Of a DNA stretch of 64,000 nucleotides, positions 1 to 8,402 are shown piece after piece. The translations under genes were made by a program, and so were the position numbers. The stretch covers positions 38,860 through 102,859 of the forward strand of contig DATGXO010000107.1 of the NCBI GenBank assembly GCA_035298965.1. The letters are read 5' to 3'. Every line of letters begins with the position of its first letter. Positions within the stretch are counted from its first letter, which is position 1. The notes beneath the pieces were generated by a model. The model was not told where the DNA came from. It ran no database searches and was given only the letters and a program-made list of their open reading frames with translations. Source of the DNA: Opitutaceae bacterium. GTDB lineage: Bacteria > Verrucomicrobiota > Verrucomicrobiia > Opitutales > Opitutaceae.

Positions 1-802
1 GCACGGAGTAGAGCGCGACGGCATCCAGCTCGGCGAGCGCGGCGGCCTGCTGTTGGGGGTTCGCGTAGCTGCCGTGATAGACGAGGCGCGGGAGGAAGGC
101 GAAGCGCTCGGGCGGGTAGTCCGGGCCGGCGCCGTGGATGTGCCACTCGATGTCGGCGCAGGCGGGATCGGTCGCGAGCGAGAGGATTGTTTCCACGCCC
201 TTGGTGCCGACGAGGCGGCCGAAGAAGCCGAAGCGCAGGGGAGCATCGGCGGGCGGCGTGGCGGAGGCGTCGAACTCGATGGCGGTCTCGGTGAGGTAGG
301 GGAGAAAAACGGCGTCGGCGCGGCCGGTGGCGCCGTTGAGCTGCGTGCCGGTGTAGAGGCTGCAGCCGACGAGTTCGCCGGCGCGCGCGAGCACCTTGCG
401 GAAACCTGGTGTCCAGGTGCGCTGCTCGGCTTCGTCGGCTGCGGTGTGGTGGTGGTGGATACGACGGCTGCGGCGGTTGGCGGCGAGCCAGACGAGGCGG
501 GCGAGGGCGCCTTGGCCGTTGGTGTAGACGGTGTGCCAACGGCGGCCGCGGAGCGCGATCGACTGACGGATGAGCCACCAGGCCTTGGCGCGGCCGCTGG
601 CGGTGCCGCGGGCGGCGGGCATCTCGCGCACCTCGGCGCCGGCGGCGAGCAGGCGCTGGCGCCATTGCGGCGCGAGCGAGTTGCTCGTGGTGAGGAGCAG
701 GGTGACGTGGCCCTCCTCGGCGAGTGCTTGGGTGACGAGGCAAAGGTGGCGCTCCATGCCGCCGTAGGCGGCGAGCTGGGGGGCGTAGACGAGGACGTTC
801 AC
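1..802 (-). CDS. Glycosyltransferase, GT-B fold (GT4-like); 3' end runs off the window
   Basis: Own translation of the minus strand from GTG at 802: VNVLVYAPQLAAYGGMERHLCLVTQALAEEGHVTLLLTT... continues in frame to position 1. This is a typical N-terminal half of a GT4-type enzyme. It is absent from the ORF track because the window edge truncates it. Confidence 0.65.
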   Translation of the reverse strand, partial: MNVLVYAPQLAAYGGMERHLCLVTQALAEEGHVTLLLTTSNSLAPQWRQRLLAAGAEVREMPAARGTASGRAKAWWLIRQSIALRGRRWHTVYTNGQGALARLVWLAANRRSRRIHHHHTAADEAEQRTWTPGFRKVLARAGELVGCSLYTGTQLNGATGRADAVFLPYLTETAIEFDASATPPADAPLRFGFFGRLVGTKGVETILSLATDPACADIEWHIHGAGPDYPPERFAFLPRLVYHGSYANPQQQAAALAELDAVALYSV

Positions 803-836
803 GATTTGCGATTGGCGATTGTCGATTTGCGATTTG
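802..836. repeat. Tandem heptamer repeat CGATTKG x5 (CAAATCG-type on the coding strand), directly abutting the GTG start at 802
   Basis: Read directly: cgatttg cgattgg cgattgt cgatttg cgatttg at 802-836. It is AT-richer than its surroundings. Confidence 0.85.
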
Positions 837-862
837 GCGCGAGCGCGGCGCGCTGGAGGGGC

Positions 863-2035
863 TTACGACTCCGAGCGGATAGCGGAGTTTCGGACGCCGG
901 AACCCGTCGTGAGGTCCTCGACAAAACGTTTTGCGATGCCGGGCAATCGCGGGGCCGGCGCGCGGCGGAGGGCGAGCATCGCGGCGAGATCGAGCGCGGC
1001 GCCGGCGGGCGTGTGGACGAGAAGCGGCTCGGTCGAGGGCGGCACGGCGATGCGGCCGCGCGGCTGCCAGTCGTCGCGCGAGACGAGCACGGGCAGGCCA
1101 TGGTCGAGGCAGGCGGCCACGGTGCCGGATTTCGGCGCGAGTGCGATGGGGTTCGGCGTGAGCGCGAGATCGAGCGCGCCGAGCACCTGACTCGCGTCGG
1201 CGGGCGAAGTTTCGCCGAGCTCGATGACGACCGTGTCGCGCGGCGGATTGCGCCGGAGGGCGGCGAGCAACGCGGCGCCACCGAAACCGGTGCGGCCGAG
1301 CGAAACCAGCACCAGCGGGCGGCCGGCCTCCTGTGCTGCGGCGGCGAGGCGGGCGACGACTTCGGGGCCGTTCCACTCGGGATGCACGGTGCCGAACCAG
1401 CCGGCGAACAACGCGGTGTGCGGATCGAGGCCGGGGGCGTGTTGCTCGAGCAGATGGCGGCGCGTGGCGGCGCGATCGCCGGGCTCGACGGGCACGTTGC
1501 CGAAGAGCGGCAGGCGTTTCGCGACGATGCCCTCGGCGGCGAGCGTGGCGACGTAGGCGGGCGTCTGCGTGTGCACGAGCTGAGGCGCGAACGCGCGGTG
1601 GAGGCGCAGGATGGCGTGGCGCTGGAGCACGCCGTGGAGGCGGTTCACCACGCGGTCGTGGCGGTTCAGGCCAACCCAGAGCTCGTGAAACATGAGGTGC
1701 CGGCGGCGGCCGCCAAGGAGCGGATCGAGGCGCTCGGCGAGCCCGAAAGCGTATCCGCGTGGATGCCACGCGTAGGCGACGAACTGCAGGCTGATCCAGT
1801 CGGGCGCGAAGGCCGCGATGGCGGCGCGGGCGTGCTGGGTGCGCTGGGCCCACGGGCGACGCCGCGCGAGGCGGACGACGGGGTCGCGGTCGTCGAGGGC
1901 GTCCTCGGTGTCGGCGAGGCCGATCGCGAGCGCGGAGTGGCCCTGGCGCGCGAGTTCGGCGGAGAGGCACCGGATGTAGTCGCCCACGCCGTTGCGGCCG
2001 GGGGCGAGCGAGGAGCCGAGGAAGACGAAGCGCAT
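863..2035 (-). CDS. Glycosyltransferase, GT-B fold (GT1/GT4-like)
   Basis: 390-aa ORF with ATG at 2035. N-terminus MRFVFLGSSLAPGRNGVGDYIRCLSAELARQGH is a typical GT-B N-terminus, and the C-terminal half has the nucleotide-sugar-binding layout. Confidence 0.7.
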   Translation of the reverse strand: MRFVFLGSSLAPGRNGVGDYIRCLSAELARQGHSALAIGLADTEDALDDRDPVVRLARRRPWAQRTQHARAAIAAFAPDWISLQFVAYAWHPRGYAFGLAERLDPLLGGRRRHLMFHELWVGLNRHDRVVNRLHGVLQRHAILRLHRAFAPQLVHTQTPAYVATLAAEGIVAKRLPLFGNVPVEPGDRAATRRHLLEQHAPGLDPHTALFAGWFGTVHPEWNGPEVVARLAAAAQEAGRPLVLVSLGRTGFGGAALLAALRRNPPRDTVVIELGETSPADASQVLGALDLALTPNPIALAPKSGTVAACLDHGLPVLVSRDDWQPRGRIAVPPSTEPLLVHTPAGAALDLAAMLALRRAPAPRLPGIAKRFVEDLTTGSGVRNSAIRSES

Positions 2036-2044
2036 CGGAGAGGA

Positions 2045-2074
2045 GGCGAGAGGAGTGAGGCGAGAGGCTGGAGG
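2045..2074. repeat. Purine-rich leader motif copy (GGCGAGAGG ... GGCGAGAGGCTGGAGG)
   Basis: Near-copy of the 16-mer GGCGAGAGGCTAGAGG, in the spacer just upstream of the ATG at 2035. Confidence 0.75.
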
Positions 2075-2095
2075 ACGGAGGGCCGAGGGTGGTCC

Positions 2096-2117
2096 GCGCC
2101 GTTCTCGCGCGCGGCGC
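2096..2117. repeat. REP-like GC hairpin (GCGCCG-ttctcgcgcg-CGGCGC)
   Basis: Inverted repeat read directly. Related to the copies at 3141, 3287, 4330 and 53683. Confidence 0.6.
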
Positions 2118-2158
2118 CATGAAGGGCGAAACGCTTACGCGTTCCGCTACGGGAGCGT

Positions 2159-3088
2159 TCAGCTGCGGCGATAGAAGCGGCCGAGGAGGGCGCCGAGTTT
2201 GATCGCGCGGCGGCGGGCGCGCACGGTCGCGGCGGGGAAGAGCGGCAGCGGGCCGTCGGCATATTCCCAGAACCAGCGGTCGGGGCGGCTGGGCGGCTGG
2301 CCGCGGAGAGCCTCGAGCACGTAACGTTTCTTCCACGGCTTCGGCTTGTCGACGGCGTGGCTCATCATCGGGCGGCCGGCGCTGGGGAGGAAGTCCATGC
2401 CGTTGGGGCCGTAGATCGCGACCGGGTGCGGCGTGATCATGGCGGCGAGGTTCATCGTATCCTGATTGGCGCTCCAGAAACGATGCGTGCGGTCGAGGCT
2501 GCGCCAGCCCTTGAGGCTGCCGCTCTCGGGTTCGACGGCCTGCACGAGCTCGGCCCAATCGGAGAGGAACGAGCGGTGCTCGCGGCGCACGCCCTGGAAA
2601 CCGCCGTTGCAGAAACGGTGCAGCGTGTGCACGACTTCGCGGCCGCGTTCGCGGGCGAACTTCGCCCACGCGTGGCGGAGCGGATGGTGCGGGCCGACGT
2701 GGTAGTGGTTGTCCTCGCAGAGCGCGATGCCGTAGCCGGCCCACTCTTCGTAGTAGCTCCAGCGCGAGCAGACGACGATGTCGGGGTCGAAGTAGAAGAC
2801 GGCGTCGGCGCCGGGCTCGTGGGTGTCGAGGACTTCCTGCATCCACCACGGCTTGTAGTGCGTGAAGTGGATGTCGGTCGGGTGCGGGAACAGCACGATC
2901 TCGACGGAGCCGGCGGCGATGTGGCGTGTGCCGTCGGCGGCGGGGGCGACGTCGGCCCAGGTCGGGAGCGCGCCGCGGTAGGCGGTCCAGAGGCGGCCGG
3001 TGTAGCCGTTGCGCGCGAGCGAGTTGGCGAGGGCGGCGACGCCGTAGTGATAGTCGCCTTCGAAAAGGGTGGTGACGACGCTGGGCAT
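2159..3088 (-). CDS. GT8-like (glycogenin/LgtC-like GT-A) glycosyltransferase, paralog 1
   Basis: Start chosen at ATG 3088 (MPSVVTTLFEGDYHYG...); the ORF track extends to 3169 through the repeat-containing leader. GT8-style motifs are present: YFDPDIVV (DxD), CNGGFQGV, NQDTMNL, HAVDKPKPW. Confidence 0.6.
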   Translation of the reverse strand: MPSVVTTLFEGDYHYGVAALANSLARNGYTGRLWTAYRGALPTWADVAPAADGTRHIAAGSVEIVLFPHPTDIHFTHYKPWWMQEVLDTHEPGADAVFYFDPDIVVCSRWSYYEEWAGYGIALCEDNHYHVGPHHPLRHAWAKFARERGREVVHTLHRFCNGGFQGVRREHRSFLSDWAELVQAVEPESGSLKGWRSLDRTHRFWSANQDTMNLAAMITPHPVAIYGPNGMDFLPSAGRPMMSHAVDKPKPWKKRYVLEALRGQPPSRPDRWFWEYADGPLPLFPAATVRARRRAIKLGALLGRFYRRS

Positions 3089-3095
3089 GGAGGGA

Positions 3096-3132
3096 GGCGA
3101 GAGGCTAGAGGGAAGAGGCGAGAGAGCGGAGG
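3096..3132. repeat. Purine-rich leader motif: exact GGCGAGAGGCTAGAGG at 3096-3111 plus a degenerate second unit
   Basis: Read directly, immediately upstream of the ATG at 3088 on the opposite strand. Confidence 0.85.
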
Positions 3133-3140
3133 CGGATCGC

Positions 3141-3171
3141 GGAATCGCCGCTCTCGCGAGCGGCGCCACAG
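3141..3171. repeat. REP-like element GGAATCGCCGCTCTCGCGAGCGGCGCCACAG
   Basis: Stem GCCGC/GCGGC around a TCTCGCGA core. A near-identical copy lies at 3287-3317. Confidence 0.75.
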
Positions 3172-3286
3172 AGGGAGGCGAGAGGAGGACGGCGTGCTGT
3201 GGGGCGGGGGTTTATCCCGACTGGATTGGAAGAGTCGGGCGTAAAGCCCGACCGACTGGTGGATCGCGTGAAGCTCGATCTACAGG

Positions 3287-3317
3287 GGAATCGCTGCTCT
3301 CGCGAGCAACGCCACAG
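3287..3317. repeat. REP-like element GGAATCGCTGCTCTCGCGAGCAACGCCACAG (diverged copy)
   Basis: Aligns base-for-base with 3141-3171 apart from 3 substitutions. Confidence 0.75.
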
Positions 3318-3326
3318 CGGGCAGGG

Positions 3327-4259
3327 TCAGGCGCGGCAGTAGAAGCGGTTGAGGAACGACGCGGCGGCGAGATCGAGTTTCTTCCAACGCACGCGACCGG
3401 CGGAGAAGGCCGGGATCGGGCCGGCGGCATGCGCCCAGAAGAAGCGGTCGGCGGCGGCGAGCGGGATGCCGGAGAACGCGCGGCCGAGGTAGAAACGCAG
3501 CCATGGTTTCGGGCGGCCCATGGCGTGCGAGAGCTGCGTGCCGCCGGGGAAGAAATCCATGCCCGAGGGCCCGACTGTGCTCAGCCCGAGCGGCGAGACC
3601 ATAGTGGCCATGTTGAGAAAATCCTGGTCGGCGAACCTGAAGTACGGATACTGTTTCATCCGCTGCGAGGCGGTCTGAGGCGTGAAGCCGGCGGACTGGC
3701 CGGCCTCGATGAGCCGGTGCCAGAGCTCGACGAACGACGCGTCGCGGCGGTGCACGCCGACGAAGCCGCCGTTGTAGTAGGCGTTGCGCGTCTGCGCGGG
3801 CGGGAAGCCGGCGCTGCGGAGGAAACGCGCCCACGCCTGCCGCACGGGATGGTCGTTGGGCATGACGGGGTTCACGTCCTCGACGAGGGCGACGCCGCAG
3901 TCGGCCCAGTCCTCGAAGTAGAGCCACTCGCGTTTCACGACGACATCGGGGTCGAGGTAGAAGAGGCGCTCGGCGGCGGGCACGATCTCGCGCCAGAGGC
4001 GCTGGAAGAACGCCGGCTTGTGATTGGTGAGATGCCACTCGGTGTCGACGGCGACGCATTCGACGTGGAACCCGTCCGGGCCGTCCCAACGCGGGCGGCC
4101 CTCGGGGCTGCGCGCCGTGCACCATGGCGGCGGCGGGCCGCGGTGGCCGATGATGCACTTGCCGCGGAAACCGGCCGCGTGGAGCGAGTTGAACAGGACG
4201 GCGGCGCCGAGGTGGTAGTGGCCTTCGAGAAGGGTGAAGACGACGGAGCGATTGGGCAT
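3327..4259 (-). CDS. GT8-like glycosyltransferase, paralog 2
   Basis: 310-aa ORF, ATG at 4259. Colinear with 2159-3088: VVFTLLEGHYHLG, YLDPDVVV, YNGGFVGV, DQDFLNM, HAMGRPKPW. Confidence 0.6.
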   Translation of the reverse strand: MPNRSVVFTLLEGHYHLGAAVLFNSLHAAGFRGKCIIGHRGPPPPWCTARSPEGRPRWDGPDGFHVECVAVDTEWHLTNHKPAFFQRLWREIVPAAERLFYLDPDVVVKREWLYFEDWADCGVALVEDVNPVMPNDHPVRQAWARFLRSAGFPPAQTRNAYYNGGFVGVHRRDASFVELWHRLIEAGQSAGFTPQTASQRMKQYPYFRFADQDFLNMATMVSPLGLSTVGPSGMDFFPGGTQLSHAMGRPKPWLRFYLGRAFSGIPLAAADRFFWAHAAGPIPAFSAGRVRWKKLDLAAASFLNRFYCRA

Positions 4260-4274
4260 CGTTGTCGGAAGACG

Positions 4275-4320
4275 GAGGCTAGAGAACAGAGGCTAGAGGC
4301 GAGAGCTGAGAGGCTGGAGG
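4275..4320. repeat. Purine-rich leader motif, three degenerate units (GAGGCTAGAG / GAGGCTAGAGGCGAGAG / GAGAGGCTGGAGG)
   Basis: Read directly in the spacer upstream of the ATG at 4259. Confidence 0.8.
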
Positions 4321-4329
4321 GGCGAGGAC

Positions 4330-4359
4330 GATCGCCGCTCTCGGGAGCGGCGCCACTGG
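4330..4359. repeat. REP-like element GATCGCCGCTCTCGGGAGCGGCGCCACTGG
   Basis: Same core as 3141-3171. Confidence 0.7.
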
Positions 4360-4372
4360 ATTCGCGGTGCGA

Positions 4373-5296
4373 TCAGCCATTGGCGGCGGGCGCGGCGGAG
4401 AGGCGTTGTGTGAGGAGTTCGAGGATGCGGGCGTCGACGGCGGTGTCGAACTTGCGCGCGAAGAGCGCACCGCGGGCGGCAGCAGACGTCAGCACCGGAA
4501 GATCGGCGGCGCGGAAATTCTGCGGGCTGGCGAGGCCGCCCTGCCAGTTGATGCAGCGCAGGTGGTCGTTTTCCACGGGGCCGCAGGCGAGGTTGCGCAC
4601 GATGGTCTGGAAAACGCTCTCCTCGGGAAACGCCGTGCCGCGGAACCACTCGGCGATGCGCCAGCCTTGGCGCGAGACGGTCTGTTCGGCGGCGGTGCGC
4701 GAGAGCACGACCCAGTTGTCGCCACCGTACCATTTGAACCACGGCGTCTCGCGTGGGCGGCGGCGCGGCAGCGAGGGGATCGCGCTGGCGCCGCCGAAGA
4801 ACCGGCGCAGGCGCCGGCCGAGGCCGGGGAGGCGCAGCCACCACTCGAGCACGGGGCTGTCGAGGCGATCGCGCTCGAGGCGGCCGGCGGCGTCGCGCCA
4901 GTCGGAATCGGGGCCGAGCGGATCGAAGTGGCGGACGAAGCTGGTGTCGCCCGTGGCGGCGAGTCGCGTGGCGATCTCAGCGGGCGCGTGGAGCGGGAAG
5001 CATTGGCCGCTGAGGTTCACCCAATGCGTCCAAGGCTGCGGCTGGCGCAAGGCGAGTTCGAGGCCGACGAGTTGTGCCCGGATCAGGCTGAAACGGCCCC
5101 AGAGCACGGCGGTGGGCGGCTGGACGACGATGTTGGGCCGCGTAGCGGCGAGCGCGGACACGGCGCGGTGTTCGCCCGCCGGACGGCGGCGGTCGTAATG
5201 GACAACGTAGACGTTGTCGGGCGACCAGAGCGCATCGATCAGGCGCCCGAGTTGCGCGGGGTCCTTGTGGGCGAGGAGGTGGAAGGCTACGGCCAT
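4373..5296 (-). CDS. GT14 family (Core-2/I-branching-type) beta-glycosyltransferase
   Basis: 307 aa. MAVAFHLLAHKDPAQLGRLIDAL...VVHYDRR...LWGRFSLIRAQL...GDNWVVLSR...PEESVFQT matches the conserved layout of the Branch domain. Confidence 0.65.
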   Translation of the reverse strand: MAVAFHLLAHKDPAQLGRLIDALWSPDNVYVVHYDRRRPAGEHRAVSALAATRPNIVVQPPTAVLWGRFSLIRAQLVGLELALRQPQPWTHWVNLSGQCFPLHAPAEIATRLAATGDTSFVRHFDPLGPDSDWRDAAGRLERDRLDSPVLEWWLRLPGLGRRLRRFFGGASAIPSLPRRRPRETPWFKWYGGDNWVVLSRTAAEQTVSRQGWRIAEWFRGTAFPEESVFQTIVRNLACGPVENDHLRCINWQGGLASPQNFRAADLPVLTSAAARGALFARKFDTAVDARILELLTQRLSAAPAANG

Positions 5297-6483
5297 GCGA
5301 CGCTGAGGGGTGCGGCGGTCTCGGCGGCGGGCGCGGTGTGGCGCCTCAGCCAGTCGAAGAATCGCGCGCGGGTCTGCGGCAGCTCGAGGTGCTCGCGGGC
5401 GAAGGCGACCGCGGTCTCCGCGATTTTACGACGTTCGGTGCGTTCATCGTGCAGGCGCAGCAACGCGCGCTCCACGTCGGCACTGGTCGACGCGAAGTGC
5501 GCGATCCCGGCTGGGAGCCCGGCGAGGAAGTTCTCCGTCGCAGTGCCCGGGCAGGTGGGCGCGACGATCGGCAGGCCGGCGGCGAGATAATCGGCCAGCC
5601 GGCCGGGCACGGAGAAACGCCAGCGGCTCGTCGCCTCGTGCCGGACCGGCAGCACGCCTACGGAGGCGCTGGCCAACAATTGCGAGAATTCGGCGGCGGG
5701 CCGGCGGCCGAGTTCCCGCACATGGCGGCGCGCGGCGGGCGAGAGTTTGTGCGCCTCGGTCCCGATGTAGAGCAGCTCGGCGGCCGGGCGGCGGGCGGCG
5801 AACGCGAGCCAGCCGGGGAGGAACACCGTCTCGAAAAACGAATCGCGGCCGGCGTAGAGCGCACCGGTCGCGAGCGCGCGGAACGGCCCGAGGTGGCGAT
5901 CCGGCGGGAAGCCCGGGACGAAGCCGCAGGGCGGTTGCAACACGAGTTGCGGGGCGGAGACGTGCGGAGCGAAGACGGCGCTGAGCTGCTCGGAGACCGT
6001 GATCAGTGCCGTGGCGTCGCGCGCGAGCGCGAAGAGTTCCGGCAACGCGTCGGGGGTGACGGGGCCCTCGTCGAGCAGGTCCATCAACATGAGCACATAC
6101 CGCTCGACTCCGGCGTGGCGCAGGAGCACTCGAGCGCGGGCGGCGTGATCGTCGCTGTAGACGCAGACGAGCGCCGGGCCGGGGCTGCGTCGCCAGGCAT
6201 TGCGGACGCGGTGCAGCTGCGGCGAACTCGCCGCGAGCGCGGGCATCGCGATCTTCGGGAAGATGCGGCGGACGAAACGCGCGCCGCGGGCGAACGGCCA
6301 GGGCAGCTCGCTCGCGACATGGAGGCGGCGGAATTCCGCGGGCGGCGCGTGGCGGCCGCGCCGGAAAGTGAGGTGTAGCAGACGTCCAGCGCAGGGCTTG
6401 TAGAGGCGCCGGAGCATGACCGAGGTGCCGTCGGCTTCGCCGAGCGGCACGTGGTAGACGAGGAGATGGCGGGCGGAATTCAT
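5287..6483 (-). CDS. Hypothetical protein, possible GT-B-like glycosyltransferase
   Basis: 398-aa ORF in operon register, overlapping the next gene by 10 nt. The C-terminal segment GRLADYLAAGLPIVAPTCPG resembles GT-B donor-binding halves. No firm family call. Confidence 0.4.
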   Translation of the reverse strand: MNSARHLLVYHVPLGEADGTSVMLRRLYKPCAGRLLHLTFRRGRHAPPAEFRRLHVASELPWPFARGARFVRRIFPKIAMPALAASSPQLHRVRNAWRRSPGPALVCVYSDDHAARARVLLRHAGVERYVLMLMDLLDEGPVTPDALPELFALARDATALITVSEQLSAVFAPHVSAPQLVLQPPCGFVPGFPPDRHLGPFRALATGALYAGRDSFFETVFLPGWLAFAARRPAAELLYIGTEAHKLSPAARRHVRELGRRPAAEFSQLLASASVGVLPVRHEATSRWRFSVPGRLADYLAAGLPIVAPTCPGTATENFLAGLPAGIAHFASTSADVERALLRLHDERTERRKIAETAVAFAREHLELPQTRARFFDWLRRHTAPAAETAAPLSVAWP

Positions 6484-6492
6484 CGGCGCGGC

Positions 6493-7335
6493 TCAGAGCG
6501 GAAGCAGGGTTCGCGCCGCGCGGAGGGCGTAGCGGAGTGCGGTGCCGGAGCTGCCGGAGCGCGCGATGCGGGCGGCATCGAGGAGGCGGCGGCGGGCGGC
6601 GCGGCGGGCGTCGGCGGGCGAGCGACCGGGGAAATCGCGGGCGTTGGCGAGCAGGATCGTGGCGGTCTCGGCGATGAGCGCGGCGCTCTTGTTGGACATT
6701 GCCCCGGGGTGTTTGCGGTAGCGGAGCGTGAGGGCGCCGTTGTAGGCGAGGGCGACGCCGCGGCGGCAGCAGCGTAGCCAGTAGTCGAAGTCGTTGCAGA
6801 TCGGGTAGAGCGGATCGAAACCGCCCACGAGCGCGAAGGCGGCGCGATTGAACACGACCGCCGCGGGCTGGATCACGAGGCGGCCGTCGAACAGCGCACC
6901 GGGCAGGCCGCCGCGGAGATCGGCGGGGACTTCGCGACGGTTCACCTCGGCTCCGGTGTCCGAGTCGAACACCGAGCTGCCGCCAAAGACGAGCGCGGGC
7001 CCGCTGGCGGGCGCGGCGGCGAGACAGCGCGCGAGGTGGTCGGGCGTCCAGAGATCGTCGGCATCGAGGAGCGCGAGCCATTCACCGTGGGCGGCGGCGA
7101 GGCCGGTGTTGCGGGTGGCGGGCAGACCGCGGTTCACCTCGTGGCGTGTGTAGTGGACCGGCTGGGGCACGGAGGCGGCGAACGTGCGGACGATTTCCTC
7201 GGTGCGGTCGCGCGAGCCGTCTTCGGTGACGATCAATTCCCAGTCGGTGAACGTCTGCGCGCGGACGGACTCGAGGGTCTCGGCGAGGAAACGTTCGGCG
7301 CGATAGGCCGGCAGGCAGATGGAGATGAGAGGCAA
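6493..7335 (-). CDS. GT2 family glycosyltransferase
   Basis: ISICLPAYRAERFLAETLESVRAQTFTDWELIVTEDGSRDRT...LLDADD. Start set at the in-frame TTG 7335, just below the leader motif (approximate). The track ORF 6493-8520 is over-extended through the upstream gene. Confidence 0.75.
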   Translation of the reverse strand: MPLISICLPAYRAERFLAETLESVRAQTFTDWELIVTEDGSRDRTEEIVRTFAASVPQPVHYTRHEVNRGLPATRNTGLAAAHGEWLALLDADDLWTPDHLARCLAAAPASGPALVFGGSSVFDSDTGAEVNRREVPADLRGGLPGALFDGRLVIQPAAVVFNRAAFALVGGFDPLYPICNDFDYWLRCCRRGVALAYNGALTLRYRKHPGAMSNKSAALIAETATILLANARDFPGRSPADARRAARRRLLDAARIARSGSSGTALRYALRAARTLLPL

Positions 7336-7337
7336 GA

Positions 7338-7371
7338 GGCGAGAGAGGCTAGAGGGGCGAGGCGAGAGGGG
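7338..7371. repeat. Purine-rich leader motif (GGCGAGAGAGGCTAGAGGGGCGAGGCGAGAGGGG)
   Basis: Read directly. It fills the 50-nt spacer between the stop at 7386 and the start near 7335. Confidence 0.8.
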
Positions 7372-7385
7372 ACTGCTGAAGCGGC

Positions 7386-8402
7386 TCAGGCGGAGTCGTA
7401 GTGGCGGAAATGGCGGCGGTTCACGCGGGCGTAGAGGCGCTGGCCGGAGCGCGCGCCGGCGCGGAGCAGGTGCAGCAGACGGGGCGCGGCGGCGCGTTGG
7501 CGCGAGGGGAGGCGGACGGTGAGGAGTTCGTGCCAGACCCGGGCGGTGGCGGCGGGCGCGATCTCGGCGGCGCGTTCGCGGGCGCGGCGGCACATCGCGG
7601 AATAGAGCTTCGGGTCGTCGCGTAGGCGCTGGAGGGCGGCGAGCGCGGTGTCGGCGTCGTCGGCCTCGAGGTAGTCGAGCGCGTCGCGGTGGAGCGCGCG
7701 GTAGGCGGATTCGGGGCCGACGATGGCGGGGACGCCGGCGAGCCAAGCGTTGAGGAGCTTCGTCGGCGGTTTGTGATCGGCCCCTTGGTGCGCGGGATCG
7801 CGAAGGGCGATGACGACATCGATGCCGCTGTAGTCGTGCAGTTGCGAGAAATCGATGCCGGCTTCGACACTGGCATTGCCGGGCGTGACCCATTCGAGGC
7901 CGAGCGCGGCGAGACGACCCGGCCACTCGGGAGAACGAATCGCGGGCGGCAGGTGTTTGAACATGCCGAAATAGCCGACGCGGCGCACCGTGGTGCCGCG
8001 GCCGGGTTCGCGCGGGAGGAGCCCGGGTTGCGTCCAGTGGTTCACGTAGAACGCCCGGCGTCCGTCCGCCTGAAGCGGGTTCTGCACGATCTCGAAATCG
8101 GCGCGCCAGTGCGGGATGCGGTCGGCGCGGCAGACAACGGTCCAGAGGCGGGGCGACAGGAGCCGGCGATCGAGTTGCGCGTAGTCGTCGGCGTGGAGGA
8201 CGACCAGACCGGCGCGGGGGAGCTCGCGCGAGAGCACGGCGGGCAAGCCGGCCTGACGGAGGCGGGCCCACGTTTGCAGAATCCACGCGGGGCGACCGCC
8301 GTTGATCTGTCGGCGGAGAAACGCCTCGTCGGGCGTGAGGCCGGCCCAGGCTGGATCGGTGCCGGGGAGGAGGAAAACGGGCGGGCGGGAAACGGCGGTC
8401 AC
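7386..8402 (-). CDS. Hypothetical protein, polysaccharide-locus associated (possible GT-B-like)
   Basis: 338 aa. GTG start overlaps the upstream stop (GTGA). The segment KPPTKLLNAWLAGVPAIVGPES resembles a GT-B C-terminal motif. No confident family. Confidence 0.4.
   Translation of the reverse strand: MTAVSRPPVFLLPGTDPAWAGLTPDEAFLRRQINGGRPAWILQTWARLRQAGLPAVLSRELPRAGLVVLHADDYAQLDRRLLSPRLWTVVCRADRIPHWRADFEIVQNPLQADGRRAFYVNHWTQPGLLPREPGRGTTVRRVGYFGMFKHLPPAIRSPEWPGRLAALGLEWVTPGNASVEAGIDFSQLHDYSGIDVVIALRDPAHQGADHKPPTKLLNAWLAGVPAIVGPESAYRALHRDALDYLEADDADTALAALQRLRDDPKLYSAMCRRARERAAEIAPAATARVWHELLTVRLPSRQRAAAPRLLHLLRAGARSGQRLYARVNRRHFRHYDSA

Noticed and set aside
53-2122. Very long plus-strand ORFs in the supplied track (e.g. 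53-2122, 689 aa; 3069-5198; 20408-23410, 1000 aa; 39264-42488, 1074 aa; 43.. to 45670, 909 aa).
   Set aside because: They run antisense to minus-strand genes that carry clear family motifs. They are dominated by Arg/Gly/Ala/Glu/Asp with no recognisable domains. Such ORFs are the expected stop-codon-poor artefact of about 70% GC DNA.
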